DNA of 64,000 bases from Candidatus Vogelbacteria bacterium (GTDB lineage: Bacteria; Patescibacteriota; Minisyncoccia; Phycocordibacterales; XYD1-FULL-46-19): assembly GCA_021414225.1 (NCBI GenBank), contig JAIOOX010000002.1:25113-89112 (forward strand). Direction: 5' to 3'. Below, in pieces: positions 56,296 to 64,000 of this stretch. The position numbers were made by a program, and so were the translations under genes. Position 1 is the stretch's first letter, and each line of letters opens with the position of its first letter. The notes under the pieces are model-generated. The model was given only the letters and a program-made list of their open reading frames with translations. It searched no databases and was not told the DNA's origin.

Positions 56296-56433
56296 TGGGA
56301 CTCTCCTTTGACTTAAAATTTTCTACCCGAAAATTTTAGTCTAGGCACCGCCTCGCGCCGAAATGTTGCTACATTTCGACTTCGTGCGCTCCGGCGTTCG
56401 AGTCCCACCCAAAATTTAACTTTGTTAAATTTG
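56296..56433 (-). repeat. tRNA-mirror structured module C (after tRNA-Leu TAA)
   Basis: 15-nt inverted copy (56396-56410) and 8-nt direct copy (56296-56303) of the tRNA 3' end; core homologous to module A. Confidence 0.85.
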
Positions 56434-56514
56434 TGCCCGGGGTGGGACTCGAACCCACAAGGCTTGCGCCACACGATTTTAAGTCGTGCGTGTATACCAT
56501 TCCACCACCCGGGC
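56434..56514 (-). tRNA. tRNA-Leu(TAA)
   Basis: cacga-ctTAAaa-tcgtg, variable arm. Confidence 0.95.
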
Positions 56515-56555
56515 ATATTTTTTAAAATCAATTTGCTACTGCAATTTGATTTTTG

Positions 56556-56627
56556 AGGCGTGGGCGGGAATCGAACCCGCGTATAAAGCTTTTGCAGAGC
56601 TTCGCCTTACCACTTGGCCACCACGCC
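56556..56627 (-). tRNA. tRNA-Cys(GCA)
   Basis: aagct-ctGCAaa-agctt, U73 discriminator. Confidence 0.95.
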
Positions 56628-56634
56628 TGTAAGT

Positions 56635-56958
56635 TTAAATTGTATCTGCTTCGATATCAACTAATGCCTCATTCGAAGCAAGAGCGATGTCGATACGAGG
56701 CACATTACCGATTTTTGTCTCATTACGCAAATATTCATACAGGTCGGTTCTGAGACGCTTAAGTTCTTTCAATACCTCATCGGTAGCGGTATCTGGGAGA
56801 ACTGAGACGAAGACAGTCGCACTAGCGTTGTTTTTTTCCAATACACAACCAGTGACGGTTACTAGAGCTCGAGAAGCAACATTGCGCACAAAAAATTCTG
56901 CCGCGGTGCGAGTAATAACCTCTTCAACTCGTTTGTGATGTTTGGTGTAATCGTCCAT
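56635..56958 (-). CDS. rbfA: ribosome-binding factor A
   Basis: LVTVTG..ATVFVSV..VPRIDI; directly downstream of infB. Confidence 0.8.
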   Translation of the reverse strand: MDDYTKHHKRVEEVITRTAAEFFVRNVASRALVTVTGCVLEKNNASATVFVSVLPDTATDEVLKELKRLRTDLYEYLRNETKIGNVPRIDIALASNEALVDIEADTI

Positions 56959-56971
56959 GGTTAATTATAGG

Positions 56972-58483
56972 CTATTTAGCCACTCGTTCAAATATTTCTA
57001 AAATATCACCAGGGGCAATAACGATCTTGGAATCAATCATGGTTCCAAATTGACCAGGTGGTTCAACGCGGTCGGTCTTGGCTTTATGTTGTTCAAGTTC
57101 GGCCACTTTACCTCGACCAATTTCAATGTCGCGACGGATAATTTTAATTTCTTTGCCTTTAACAAAGACACCGTCTAAGACTTGACCCCCGACTACTTGT
57201 TTATCTTTGTTGGCACTGAAACATTTTAGAATTTTGGCTCGGCCGGTTGTTTCTTCGATAGTCACTTTTGGTCGGCGTTTAGATACCTCCTCAGCTAGCC
57301 ACTCAGCTAGTTTGTAAATAATATCAAAAGTGACAATGGTAACATCAAATCGTTCAGCAATATCTTTGGCACTAGTGTCAGTTTTGACTTGGAAGCCTAA
57401 AATAATAGCGGAGTTTGAACCACTGCCTAGTTTGGCATCGTTGTCGGTGATAGCTCCAATACTCTTGCCGATAATTTTCAGGCGAACTCGTTCATCAACA
57501 ATTTTTAAAACTTCTTTTTCGACTGCTTCCAAGGTGCCAATAGTATCAGCTTTGATAATGATTGGTATTTCAATTGCATCAGCTCCTAGTTCTGGAGTGT
57601 GACTTGGGTTGTTGGTATTAGCACCTAGGGTGCGACCAGTTTTTTCATGATGATCAGCCGCTTTCTTGTCCTTTAAGCCGTTGATAATAGCTCCGACGGC
57701 TGGTACTTCAGCAAAACCGTAAAGAAGAACAGGGGAGGATAAGGTGGCTTCTTTTAAGGGTTGGCCTAAAAAGTTTTCCATCTTTTTAATTTTAGCTACC
57801 ACTCCTTCGACGCCAACATAGTCACCTAAGTGTAGGGTTCCATTTTTAATAATAGCTGTAACGGTCACTCCAATTTTTGGGTCACGATTGGTTTCCAAAA
57901 TCAAAGCTTCGCCAGGCAGGCTAGGGTCGCCACTTTTTGCTTCTAGATCTGAAACTAAAATAAGTAGATCCAGTAAATCATCAATCCCCTCACCAGTTTT
58001 AGCTGAAATATTAACACTAGGAATAGTACCTCCATATGACTCAACAAAGACTTCCTGTTCGGCTAATTCTTGTTTGACTTTATCGGGGTTGGCATTGGGT
58101 CGGTCGATTTTGTTGATAGCAACAACAAAGGGCACCCCAGCTTCTTTGACTGATTTGAGAGCCTCAATAGTTTGAGCTTTGACTCCTTCTTCAGCGGAGA
58201 CCAACAAAATAGCAATATCAGAAATTTGGGCGCCACGGTTACGCATGGAAGAAAAAGCTTCATGACCAGGTGTATCTAAGAAGGTGATGGTGTGTTCCTT
58301 TCCTTCGGTGACATGTTTAACTTCATAAGCGCTAACATGTTGAGTAATACCACCCGCTTCACCCGCGACAGTGTTTGATTTACGAATATAATCAAGCAAG
58401 GTTGATTTGCCGTGGTCAATATGACCAACAACAACCACGACAGGTGGTTTGGCTTTAATTGTAGATTGAGAATTATTAGTCAT
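56972..58483 (-). CDS. infB: translation initiation factor IF-2 (short, no N-terminal extension)
   Basis: PPVVVVVGHIDHGKSTLLD, EAGGITQH, DTPGHEAF, IIKAD..GTLEA. Confidence 0.96.
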   Translation of the reverse strand: MTNNSQSTIKAKPPVVVVVGHIDHGKSTLLDYIRKSNTVAGEAGGITQHVSAYEVKHVTEGKEHTITFLDTPGHEAFSSMRNRGAQISDIAILLVSAEEGVKAQTIEALKSVKEAGVPFVVAINKIDRPNANPDKVKQELAEQEVFVESYGGTIPSVNISAKTGEGIDDLLDLLILVSDLEAKSGDPSLPGEALILETNRDPKIGVTVTAIIKNGTLHLGDYVGVEGVVAKIKKMENFLGQPLKEATLSSPVLLYGFAEVPAVGAIINGLKDKKAADHHEKTGRTLGANTNNPSHTPELGADAIEIPIIIKADTIGTLEAVEKEVLKIVDERVRLKIIGKSIGAITDNDAKLGSGSNSAIILGFQVKTDTSAKDIAERFDVTIVTFDIIYKLAEWLAEEVSKRRPKVTIEETTGRAKILKCFSANKDKQVVGGQVLDGVFVKGKEIKIIRRDIEIGRGKVAELEQHKAKTDRVEPPGQFGTMIDSKIVIAPGDILEIFERVAK

Positions 58484-58488
58484 ATATT

Positions 58489-58962
58489 TTAACGTTTGGC
58501 GGCTTCAGCAATTGATTGTCTCTCTTCCTCAGTTAGCTCGTAGGTAGATTGTTGATGGGTCAAAGGTTTAGCATAAACTGAGACTTTATCTCGAGTATAA
58601 ATACTAGACACGACGACGCCGTCTCCACTATCGTCCATCAAGCAGGTAGCAAAACTTTGATTGCCACCATGATCTTTGAAAGGATTAAAACGAACGGTGT
58701 GGAATTTGCTTAGAGTGCGACGAAGTCTTTGTTCAATATTATCTAAGCGCTTGGTTCCTTGATTTGTCTGACTAAAAAGTTCGTCTATCGCTTGACCGAT
58801 GTCGGCGATAATCCCTTCAAAGTTGGTTGCTTTTTTACCACGAAACAAGCGACCTAGACGTATTTCTAGATAAACAATCCAGGCTAATAGTATCAAGATC
58901 AAAACTAGGAGGCCTGGGACGACCAATTGTGAAGCAAGTGTCGGCACAGTGCCAAAAATCAT
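58489..58962 (-). CDS. DUF4446 family protein
   Basis: TM, VRFNPFKDHGGNQSFA, YAKP..STYELTEEE; start uncertain. Confidence 0.8.
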   Translation of the reverse strand: MIFGTVPTLASQLVVPGLLVLILILLAWIVYLEIRLGRLFRGKKATNFEGIIADIGQAIDELFSQTNQGTKRLDNIEQRLRRTLSKFHTVRFNPFKDHGGNQSFATCLMDDSGDGVVVSSIYTRDKVSVYAKPLTHQQSTYELTEEERQSIAEAAKR

Positions 58963-59014
58963 ACCTTATTTTACGGCTTTTTGCAAAAAAGACCGTAAAC
59001 GGTACAATGCGGAG

Positions 59015-60214
59015 ATGGGTTTATTTAGTCAAAGGATTTACGCCGATACTGCAGCCACAACGTCGATTGATCGACGAGTCTTGGCGGTGTTATGGTCAAA
59101 TTTAAAAAATAGTTTTGGTAACGCCTCTAGTTTGTATGTCGAAGGGGTAAAAGCTGATCGAATATTGCAAGAATCCAGACGAGTGGTAGCTTCTATTTTA
59201 AGTGCTCAACCAGACGAGATTGTTTTTACTAGTGGAGGAACTGAGGGCAACAACTTAGCTTTCAGAGGGGTGTATGAAGCTTTTAAACAACAGACTGGTA
59301 GTGATGGGGAGATTATTGTTTCGGCTATAGAACATCAGTCTGTACTGGAAGCGGCCAAAAGTTGTGAAAAACTGGGAGCTAAGATAATAATTTTGCCGGT
59401 TGATCAACAAGGCTTTGTTGATATTAAAGTTTTGAAAGAGATTCTTAATGATAAGACGGTCCTCGTATCAGTAGCTTATGCTAATAATGAAATAGGAACA
59501 ATTGCTGATATTTCCGCTATTGCTAAAGTGTTAAGACATTGGCGCAAGCAAAATGGCGATAGTGATTATCCTTACTTTCACACGGACGCCTGTCAGGCTC
59601 CAAGATTTCTACCACTGAAAGTTGAGTCTTTAGGTGTTGATTTGCTGACGCTCAACGGTTCGAAAATTTACGGTCCAAAAGGAGTGGGGGCTTTGTATAT
59701 TCGTCGAGGTAAAAAAATAACACCAATCTTGCCTGGTGGTGGCCAGGAATTTGGTTTACGATCGGGTACCCAAAATATTCCAGCGATTGCTGGTTTGGCT
59801 AAAGCGCTACAACTAACAGAAACTTTAAAAGCTCAAGAAGTGATTTATTTAAGTGGTTTGCGTGATCAACTGATAAATTTAATCAATCAATTAATACCAG
59901 GGGCTGTTTTTTATGGTCCAGTGGGTGATAAGCGATTACCAAATAATGTTAACGTTGGGTGGCCAGGAGTTGAAGCCGAAGCGGTGGTGATTGGTCTGGA
60001 TGCTTTAGGGATTTCAATTTCGACTGGCAGTGCTTGCTCTTCTAAAGCTAAACCAGAATCTCATGTGTTGAAAGCATTGGATGCTAATAATAAACTAACT
60101 TCAGTTCGGATTACTTTAGATCGTCGAGCTTCGCTAAAAGATATTTCTAAAATTGCCAAGAGTCTAAAAAAGGTGATTGAACGGATTAAAATTGGTCAAA
60201 AATTAGTGGCTTAA
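59015..60214 (+). CDS. iscS: cysteine desulfurase (IscS/NifS group I)
   Basis: YADTAATT, FTSGGTEGNN, HTDACQ, KIYGPKGVG, STGSACSS; start placed at ATG 59015. Confidence 0.88.
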   Translation: MGLFSQRIYADTAATTSIDRRVLAVLWSNLKNSFGNASSLYVEGVKADRILQESRRVVASILSAQPDEIVFTSGGTEGNNLAFRGVYEAFKQQTGSDGEIIVSAIEHQSVLEAAKSCEKLGAKIIILPVDQQGFVDIKVLKEILNDKTVLVSVAYANNEIGTIADISAIAKVLRHWRKQNGDSDYPYFHTDACQAPRFLPLKVESLGVDLLTLNGSKIYGPKGVGALYIRRGKKITPILPGGGQEFGLRSGTQNIPAIAGLAKALQLTETLKAQEVIYLSGLRDQLINLINQLIPGAVFYGPVGDKRLPNNVNVGWPGVEAEAVVIGLDALGISISTGSACSSKAKPESHVLKALDANNKLTSVRITLDRRASLKDISKIAKSLKKVIERIKIGQKLVA

Positions 60215-60262
60215 TTAATGTGATATAATTAGCGGTAATTATTAATTTAACTTATTTTTTTA

Positions 60263-60871
60263 ATGCACACCCTACCAGCTTTATCTTACGGTTACGACGC
60301 TTTAGAACCATATATTGATGCTGAGACGATGAGACTTCATCACACTAAGCATCATCAGACTTATGTTGATAAATTGAATACTGCTTTGGCGGATTATCCG
60401 GATTGGCAAAACAAATCAATTGAAGACTTGTTGCAAAATTTTTCCTCTGTGCCAGAAGCTATAAAAAAAGTGGTGAAGAATCATGGTGGTGGCCACGCTA
60501 ACCATACTTTGTGGTGGCAAATTATTGGTCCAGCCACTGGCGGTCAAAATCTTCCCGGGGGAGAGTTGTTGATCAAATTGGAAGCCAGTTTCGGTAGTTT
60601 TGAAGAATTTAAACAAAAATGGCTAGACACCGCTTTGACTGTTTTTGGTTCGGGTTGGATTTGGTTGGTTGTCGAAGGGGATAGTTTAGTGATTACCACC
60701 TCAGCTAATCAAGATTCATTATTAATGGAAGGGAAAAAACCGATCTTGGGTTTAGATGTCTGGGAGCATGCTTATTATCTGAAATATCAGAATCGTCGGG
60801 CCGATTACGTGAATAATTTTTTTGCTGTCATTAATTGGTCAGAGGTAGCTAAAAAAATGACTGAAAAATAA
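60263..60871 (+). CDS. sodA: Fe/Mn superoxide dismutase
   Basis: HHTKHHQTY, GGGHANH, DVWEHAYY; GGG pattern favours the Mn type. Confidence 0.92.
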   Translation: MHTLPALSYGYDALEPYIDAETMRLHHTKHHQTYVDKLNTALADYPDWQNKSIEDLLQNFSSVPEAIKKVVKNHGGGHANHTLWWQIIGPATGGQNLPGGELLIKLEASFGSFEEFKQKWLDTALTVFGSGWIWLVVEGDSLVITTSANQDSLLMEGKKPILGLDVWEHAYYLKYQNRRADYVNNFFAVINWSEVAKKMTEK

Positions 60872-60922
60872 AGCTTTACTAGGGGTTTGCCTTTTTTAGT
60901 TTACTAACTTAGTATTAAGATA

Positions 60923-61705
60923 ATGCACGAATTAAATAATCATCAACTTATTTTATTAACCCTACTAGTTAGTTTTGTGACCTCTGTTGCTACTGGTATT
61001 TTGACTGTGTCCTTTCTTGATCAGGCTCCGATGGAGGTGACTAGAACTATTAATCGAGTAGTAGAACACACGGTTGAAAGGGTGGTCCCTGGTGGGATTC
61101 AAACTATTGTCAAAGAGGTGCCTGTCATCGTAACGGAGGAGGCTTTGGTTGTAAAAGCGATCAATAGTGCCTCTGGAGCGGTGGTTCAAATTCTCGATAC
61201 TTCCAACTCACCTACCAAACAAGTTGGTTCTGGTTTTCTAGTGGAACCGAAAGGTTTTATCCTGACTAAATCTGAAGTCTCTAGTACGAAACCGGTTTAT
61301 CAAGTATCAATAGAATCCGGTCAGACTTTCCCGGTAGAAGTAGTCAAACAAGATAAAAGTGACAAAGTGGTGGTTTTGAAAGTTAAAGCTGATAGACTTG
61401 ATGATTTCATTAAACAAACAGAAAAAATTGACCCTCTAAAGATTTCAACTAAAGATGTGATTGTTGGTCAAAGTGTGATTGGGATGGGATCTGGAGCTGG
61501 GGGTAATAACGTTGTCTCTGTCAGTATTATTGCTAGCTTCAACGCTTCTAGTACCGATGCCTTGATTAAAACCAACGCCTCGACTCCTGATAACAGTGGT
61601 GGACCGTTGCTTGATATTCATGGTGAGGTAGTGGGTATGAACTTAACTTCGGGAACTGGTTTACCTAAAGAGTTACTCAAATTGATTATTGACTCAGTTA
61701 AATAA
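60923..61705 (+). CDS. membrane-anchored trypsin-like (HtrA-like) protease domain protein, catalytic His apparently lost
   Basis: GSGFLV..GFILTKSEV (no His), DNSGGPLLDIHGEVVG. Confidence 0.8.
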   Translation: MHELNNHQLILLTLLVSFVTSVATGILTVSFLDQAPMEVTRTINRVVEHTVERVVPGGIQTIVKEVPVIVTEEALVVKAINSASGAVVQILDTSNSPTKQVGSGFLVEPKGFILTKSEVSSTKPVYQVSIESGQTFPVEVVKQDKSDKVVVLKVKADRLDDFIKQTEKIDPLKISTKDVIVGQSVIGMGSGAGGNNVVSVSIIASFNASSTDALIKTNASTPDNSGGPLLDIHGEVVGMNLTSGTGLPKELLKLIIDSVK

Positions 61706-61728
61706 TTATTTTATAGTCTGAGACATCT

Positions 61729-64000
61729 ATGTCTTTACCTCCATTTCAAAATTTTACAGCTAAAGCCCGTGACGCTATTAGAAAAGCTCATGAGTTGGCT
61801 ATTGAACGTGGTCAAAATCATGTTAACCCGGTGCACTTGTTGGCTGCGCTCTTACTTCAAGAAGAAAGTACGGCAGTATCGATTGTTGACCGCTTAGAGG
61901 TTGACTCGATCATGTTAACTGACTATTTGCTAGATACTATGGAAACTGGCGAAACAGCGTCAGTGGCCACCCCTTCTTATCAAATGTATCTAACGCCGGA
62001 ATTGGTGCGCGTGTTTGATACGGTTGGAAAGATTGCTTCTTCACTTAATGATGAATTTGTTTCTACTGAACATTTACTTCTAGCTTTATTGGAAACCACT
62101 AGTCAAGCCCAAGAGATATTACAACGTTTTAAAGTTACCAAAGAAGGTGTAACGCATATAGTAGAAGAATTACGAGCCGGTAAAATTCAAGATTTAGGTG
62201 AAAACAAAAAATTTAAAGCTATTGAAAAGTTTACTAAAAATCTGACTGATTCAGCGCGCCAAGATAAACTTGATCCAGTGATTGGTCGCGAACAAGAAAT
62301 TCGTCGAGTAATGGAAATATTATCTCGTCGGACTAAGAATAATCCAGTCTTGGTGGGAGAAGCGGGTACTGGTAAAACAGCGATTGCTGAAGGTTTGGCA
62401 ATTAGAATTGCGGCTGGTGATGTGCCCGAGTCATTGCGCGATAAGGAAATAGTTTCTCTCGATCTTGGTTTACTGGTAGCTGGTACTAAATACCGAGGTG
62501 AGTTTGAAGAACGACTCAAAAATATTGTAAAAGAGGTAGAACGAGCTGAAGGTAAGATTATTTTATTTATTGATGAAATGCACACTCTAGTCGGTGCGGG
62601 AGCGGCAGAGGGAGCGATTGATGCTTCCAACTTACTTAAACCAGCTTTAGCTCGAGGAGAGTTGCGAGTGATTGGTGCCACTACTATTAAGGAGTATCAA
62701 AAATACGTTGAAAAAGACCAAGCTTTAACCAGGCGGTTCCAGCCGGTCAATGTTGAAGAACCGAGTATTGAAGACGCGGTGGCTATTTTACGTGGATTAA
62801 AGAACAAGTATGAACTTCATCATGGTGTCCATATTGCTGATGACGCGATTGTGACAGCGGTTAATCTATCTAGTCGCTATATCAGTGATCGTTTTCTGCC
62901 TGACAAAGCGATCGACTTGATTGACGAAGCTGCTTCCGCTTTACGGTTACAACTAGAAAACAAACCGACCATCTTGGAAGACGCTGAACGGCGAGTTCGT
63001 CGTTTGGAAGTGGAACGAGAAGCGCTTAAAAAAGAGGTGGAGCATAATTCTGACAATAAAGAAGCTAAAGCTCGGATTAAAGATATTGATAAAGAAATTG
63101 AAGAGAGTCGAGAAAAAACTTCTGAGTTGGAGTTGCGTTGGAAAAATGAAAAACAAATTATTTCCGAAATCCGTCAAACTAAAAATGAATTGGAGGCTTT
63201 ACGCTTGGAGGGTAATCATACGGAATTGAAGGGTGACCTAACTAAAGCGGCGGAAATTCGTTATGCTAAAATTCCAGAATTAGAAAAAAACTTAAAACAA
63301 AAAGATACTCGCTTAAAAAGGTTGCAAACTGCTCGTAAGATTTTGAAAGAGGATGTGACTGGTGATGATGTGGCTAAAGTGGTGTCTCGTTGGACTGGTA
63401 TACCGGTGACTAAGATGTTGGAAGAGGAGGCTGAAAAATTGACCAGGATGGAAGATGACCTCAAGAAGAGGGTCCGAGGCCAAGATGGAGCGATTGCGCT
63501 TATTTCTGAAGCAGTTAGACGTTCACGGGCTGGTATTGCCGACCCAGATCGACCTATCGGTTCTTTTATCTTTATGGGTTCGACTGGTATTGGTAAAACT
63601 GAGTTAGCTCGCGCTTTGGCTGAGTTTATGTTCAATGACGAGAAATCTTTGATCCGGGTGGATATGTCCGAGTATATGGAGAAATATTCAGTTTCAAAAT
63701 TGATTGGATCACCACCTGGTTATGTCGGACATGAAGAAGGGGGCTCTTTAACTGAACTTGTTCGTCATCGACCTTACTCAGTTCTGTTGTTTGATGAAAT
63801 AGAAAAAGCCCATCCAGAAGTCTTTAACATTTTACTCCAAGTTTTAGACAATGGTCGGCTGACGGACTCCAAAGGTAGAGTTGTTAACTTTAAAAATACA
63901 GTCATTATTTTGACTTCTAATATTGGTAGTCAATTCTTAAATCGTTATCAAAAAATGGGCTTCGGTAGTGGTGCCCAAGAAGTAGAACTAGAAGATTTGA
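61729..64000 (+). CDS. clpB: ATP-dependent chaperone ClpB (runs off window end)
   Basis: Manual translation: [13 protein letters not shown].., [26 protein letters not shown], long coiled-coil M domain, GSTGIGKTE. Confidence 0.92.
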   Translation, partial: MSLPPFQNFTAKARDAIRKAHELAIERGQNHVNPVHLLAALLLQEESTAVSIVDRLEVDSIMLTDYLLDTMETGETASVATPSYQMYLTPELVRVFDTVGKIASSLNDEFVSTEHLLLALLETTSQAQEILQRFKVTKEGVTHIVEELRAGKIQDLGENKKFKAIEKFTKNLTDSARQDKLDPVIGREQEIRRVMEILSRRTKNNPVLVGEAGTGKTAIAEGLAIRIAAGDVPESLRDKEIVSLDLGLLVAGTKYRGEFEERLKNIVKEVERAEGKIILFIDEMHTLVGAGAAEGAIDASNLLKPALARGELRVIGATTIKEYQKYVEKDQALTRRFQPVNVEEPSIEDAVAILRGLKNKYELHHGVHIADDAIVTAVNLSSRYISDRFLPDKAIDLIDEAASALRLQLENKPTILEDAERRVRRLEVEREALKKEVEHNSDNKEAKARIKDIDKEIEESREKTSELELRWKNEKQIISEIRQTKNELEALRLEGNHTELKGDLTKAAEIRYAKIPELEKNLKQKDTRLKRLQTARKILKEDVTGDDVAKVVSRWTGIPVTKMLEEEAEKLTRMEDDLKKRVRGQDGAIALISEAVRRSRAGIADPDRPIGSFIFMGSTGIGKTELARALAEFMFNDEKSLIRVDMSEYMEKYSVSKLIGSPPGYVGHEEGGSLTELVRHRPYSVLLFDEIEKAHPEVFNILLQVLDNGRLTDSKGRVVNFKNTVIILTSNIGSQFLNRYQKMGFGSGAQEVELEDL

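Noticed and set aside
55737-56454. Mirror modules as a CRISPR array or as prophage attL/attR sites
   Set aside because: There is no constant repeat with unique spacers and no cas gene. The direct copies lie under 200 nt from the tRNA with no integrase or cargo between them, and att duplication does not create inverted copies.
55677-56753. ORFs 55677-55940, 56007-56228, 56313-56531 and 56553-56753
   Set aside because: They run through tRNA genes and mirror modules; spurious translations.
62187-63635. Minus-strand ORFs of 164, 74 and 124 aa
   Set aside because: Antisense shadows of clpB, which the ORF track omitted because it has no stop inside the window.

Overview
AT-rich (about 40% GC by eye) bacterial chromosome segment. 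Its gene set, short proteins (ValRS, IF2, S1) and synteny (gyrA-methyltransferase-solute-binding protein-pilin array; rpsU-like/ybeY/ftsA/ftsZ) point to a Patescibacteria/CPR (Parcubacteria-like) genome; this assignment is an inference. It is mostly housekeeping: UvrD-nuclease, rnj, secG, groES/EL, lemA-DUF2207-htpX, dsbA-VKOR, nrdJ, rnpB, murJ, lepA, valS, tsaD, trxB, ftsZA, hisS, lepB, pth, rpsA, gyrA, rbfA, infB, iscS-like, sod, clpB and 11 tRNAs. No integrase, transposase or CRISPR array is visible. The most striking signal is non-coding. Three consecutive tRNA genes (Leu-TAG, Lys-CTT, Leu-TAA) are each followed by a 'mirror' module: an inverted copy of that tRNA's own T-arm/acceptor 3' strand, then a structured core (covarying between the two Leu modules), then a second direct copy of the tRNA 3' end. 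Two further families of dispersed structured elements, with conserved cores and variable outer stems, sit just downstream of core genes. A REP-like motif follows two tRNAs and is embedded in an expanded RNase P P19 helix. Many core genes look leaderless (-10 box 5-9 nt before ATG), whereas a set of GC-richer orphan genes has -35/-10 promoters, Shine-Dalgarno sites (most of them) and their own terminators. All calls were made by eye without database searches.
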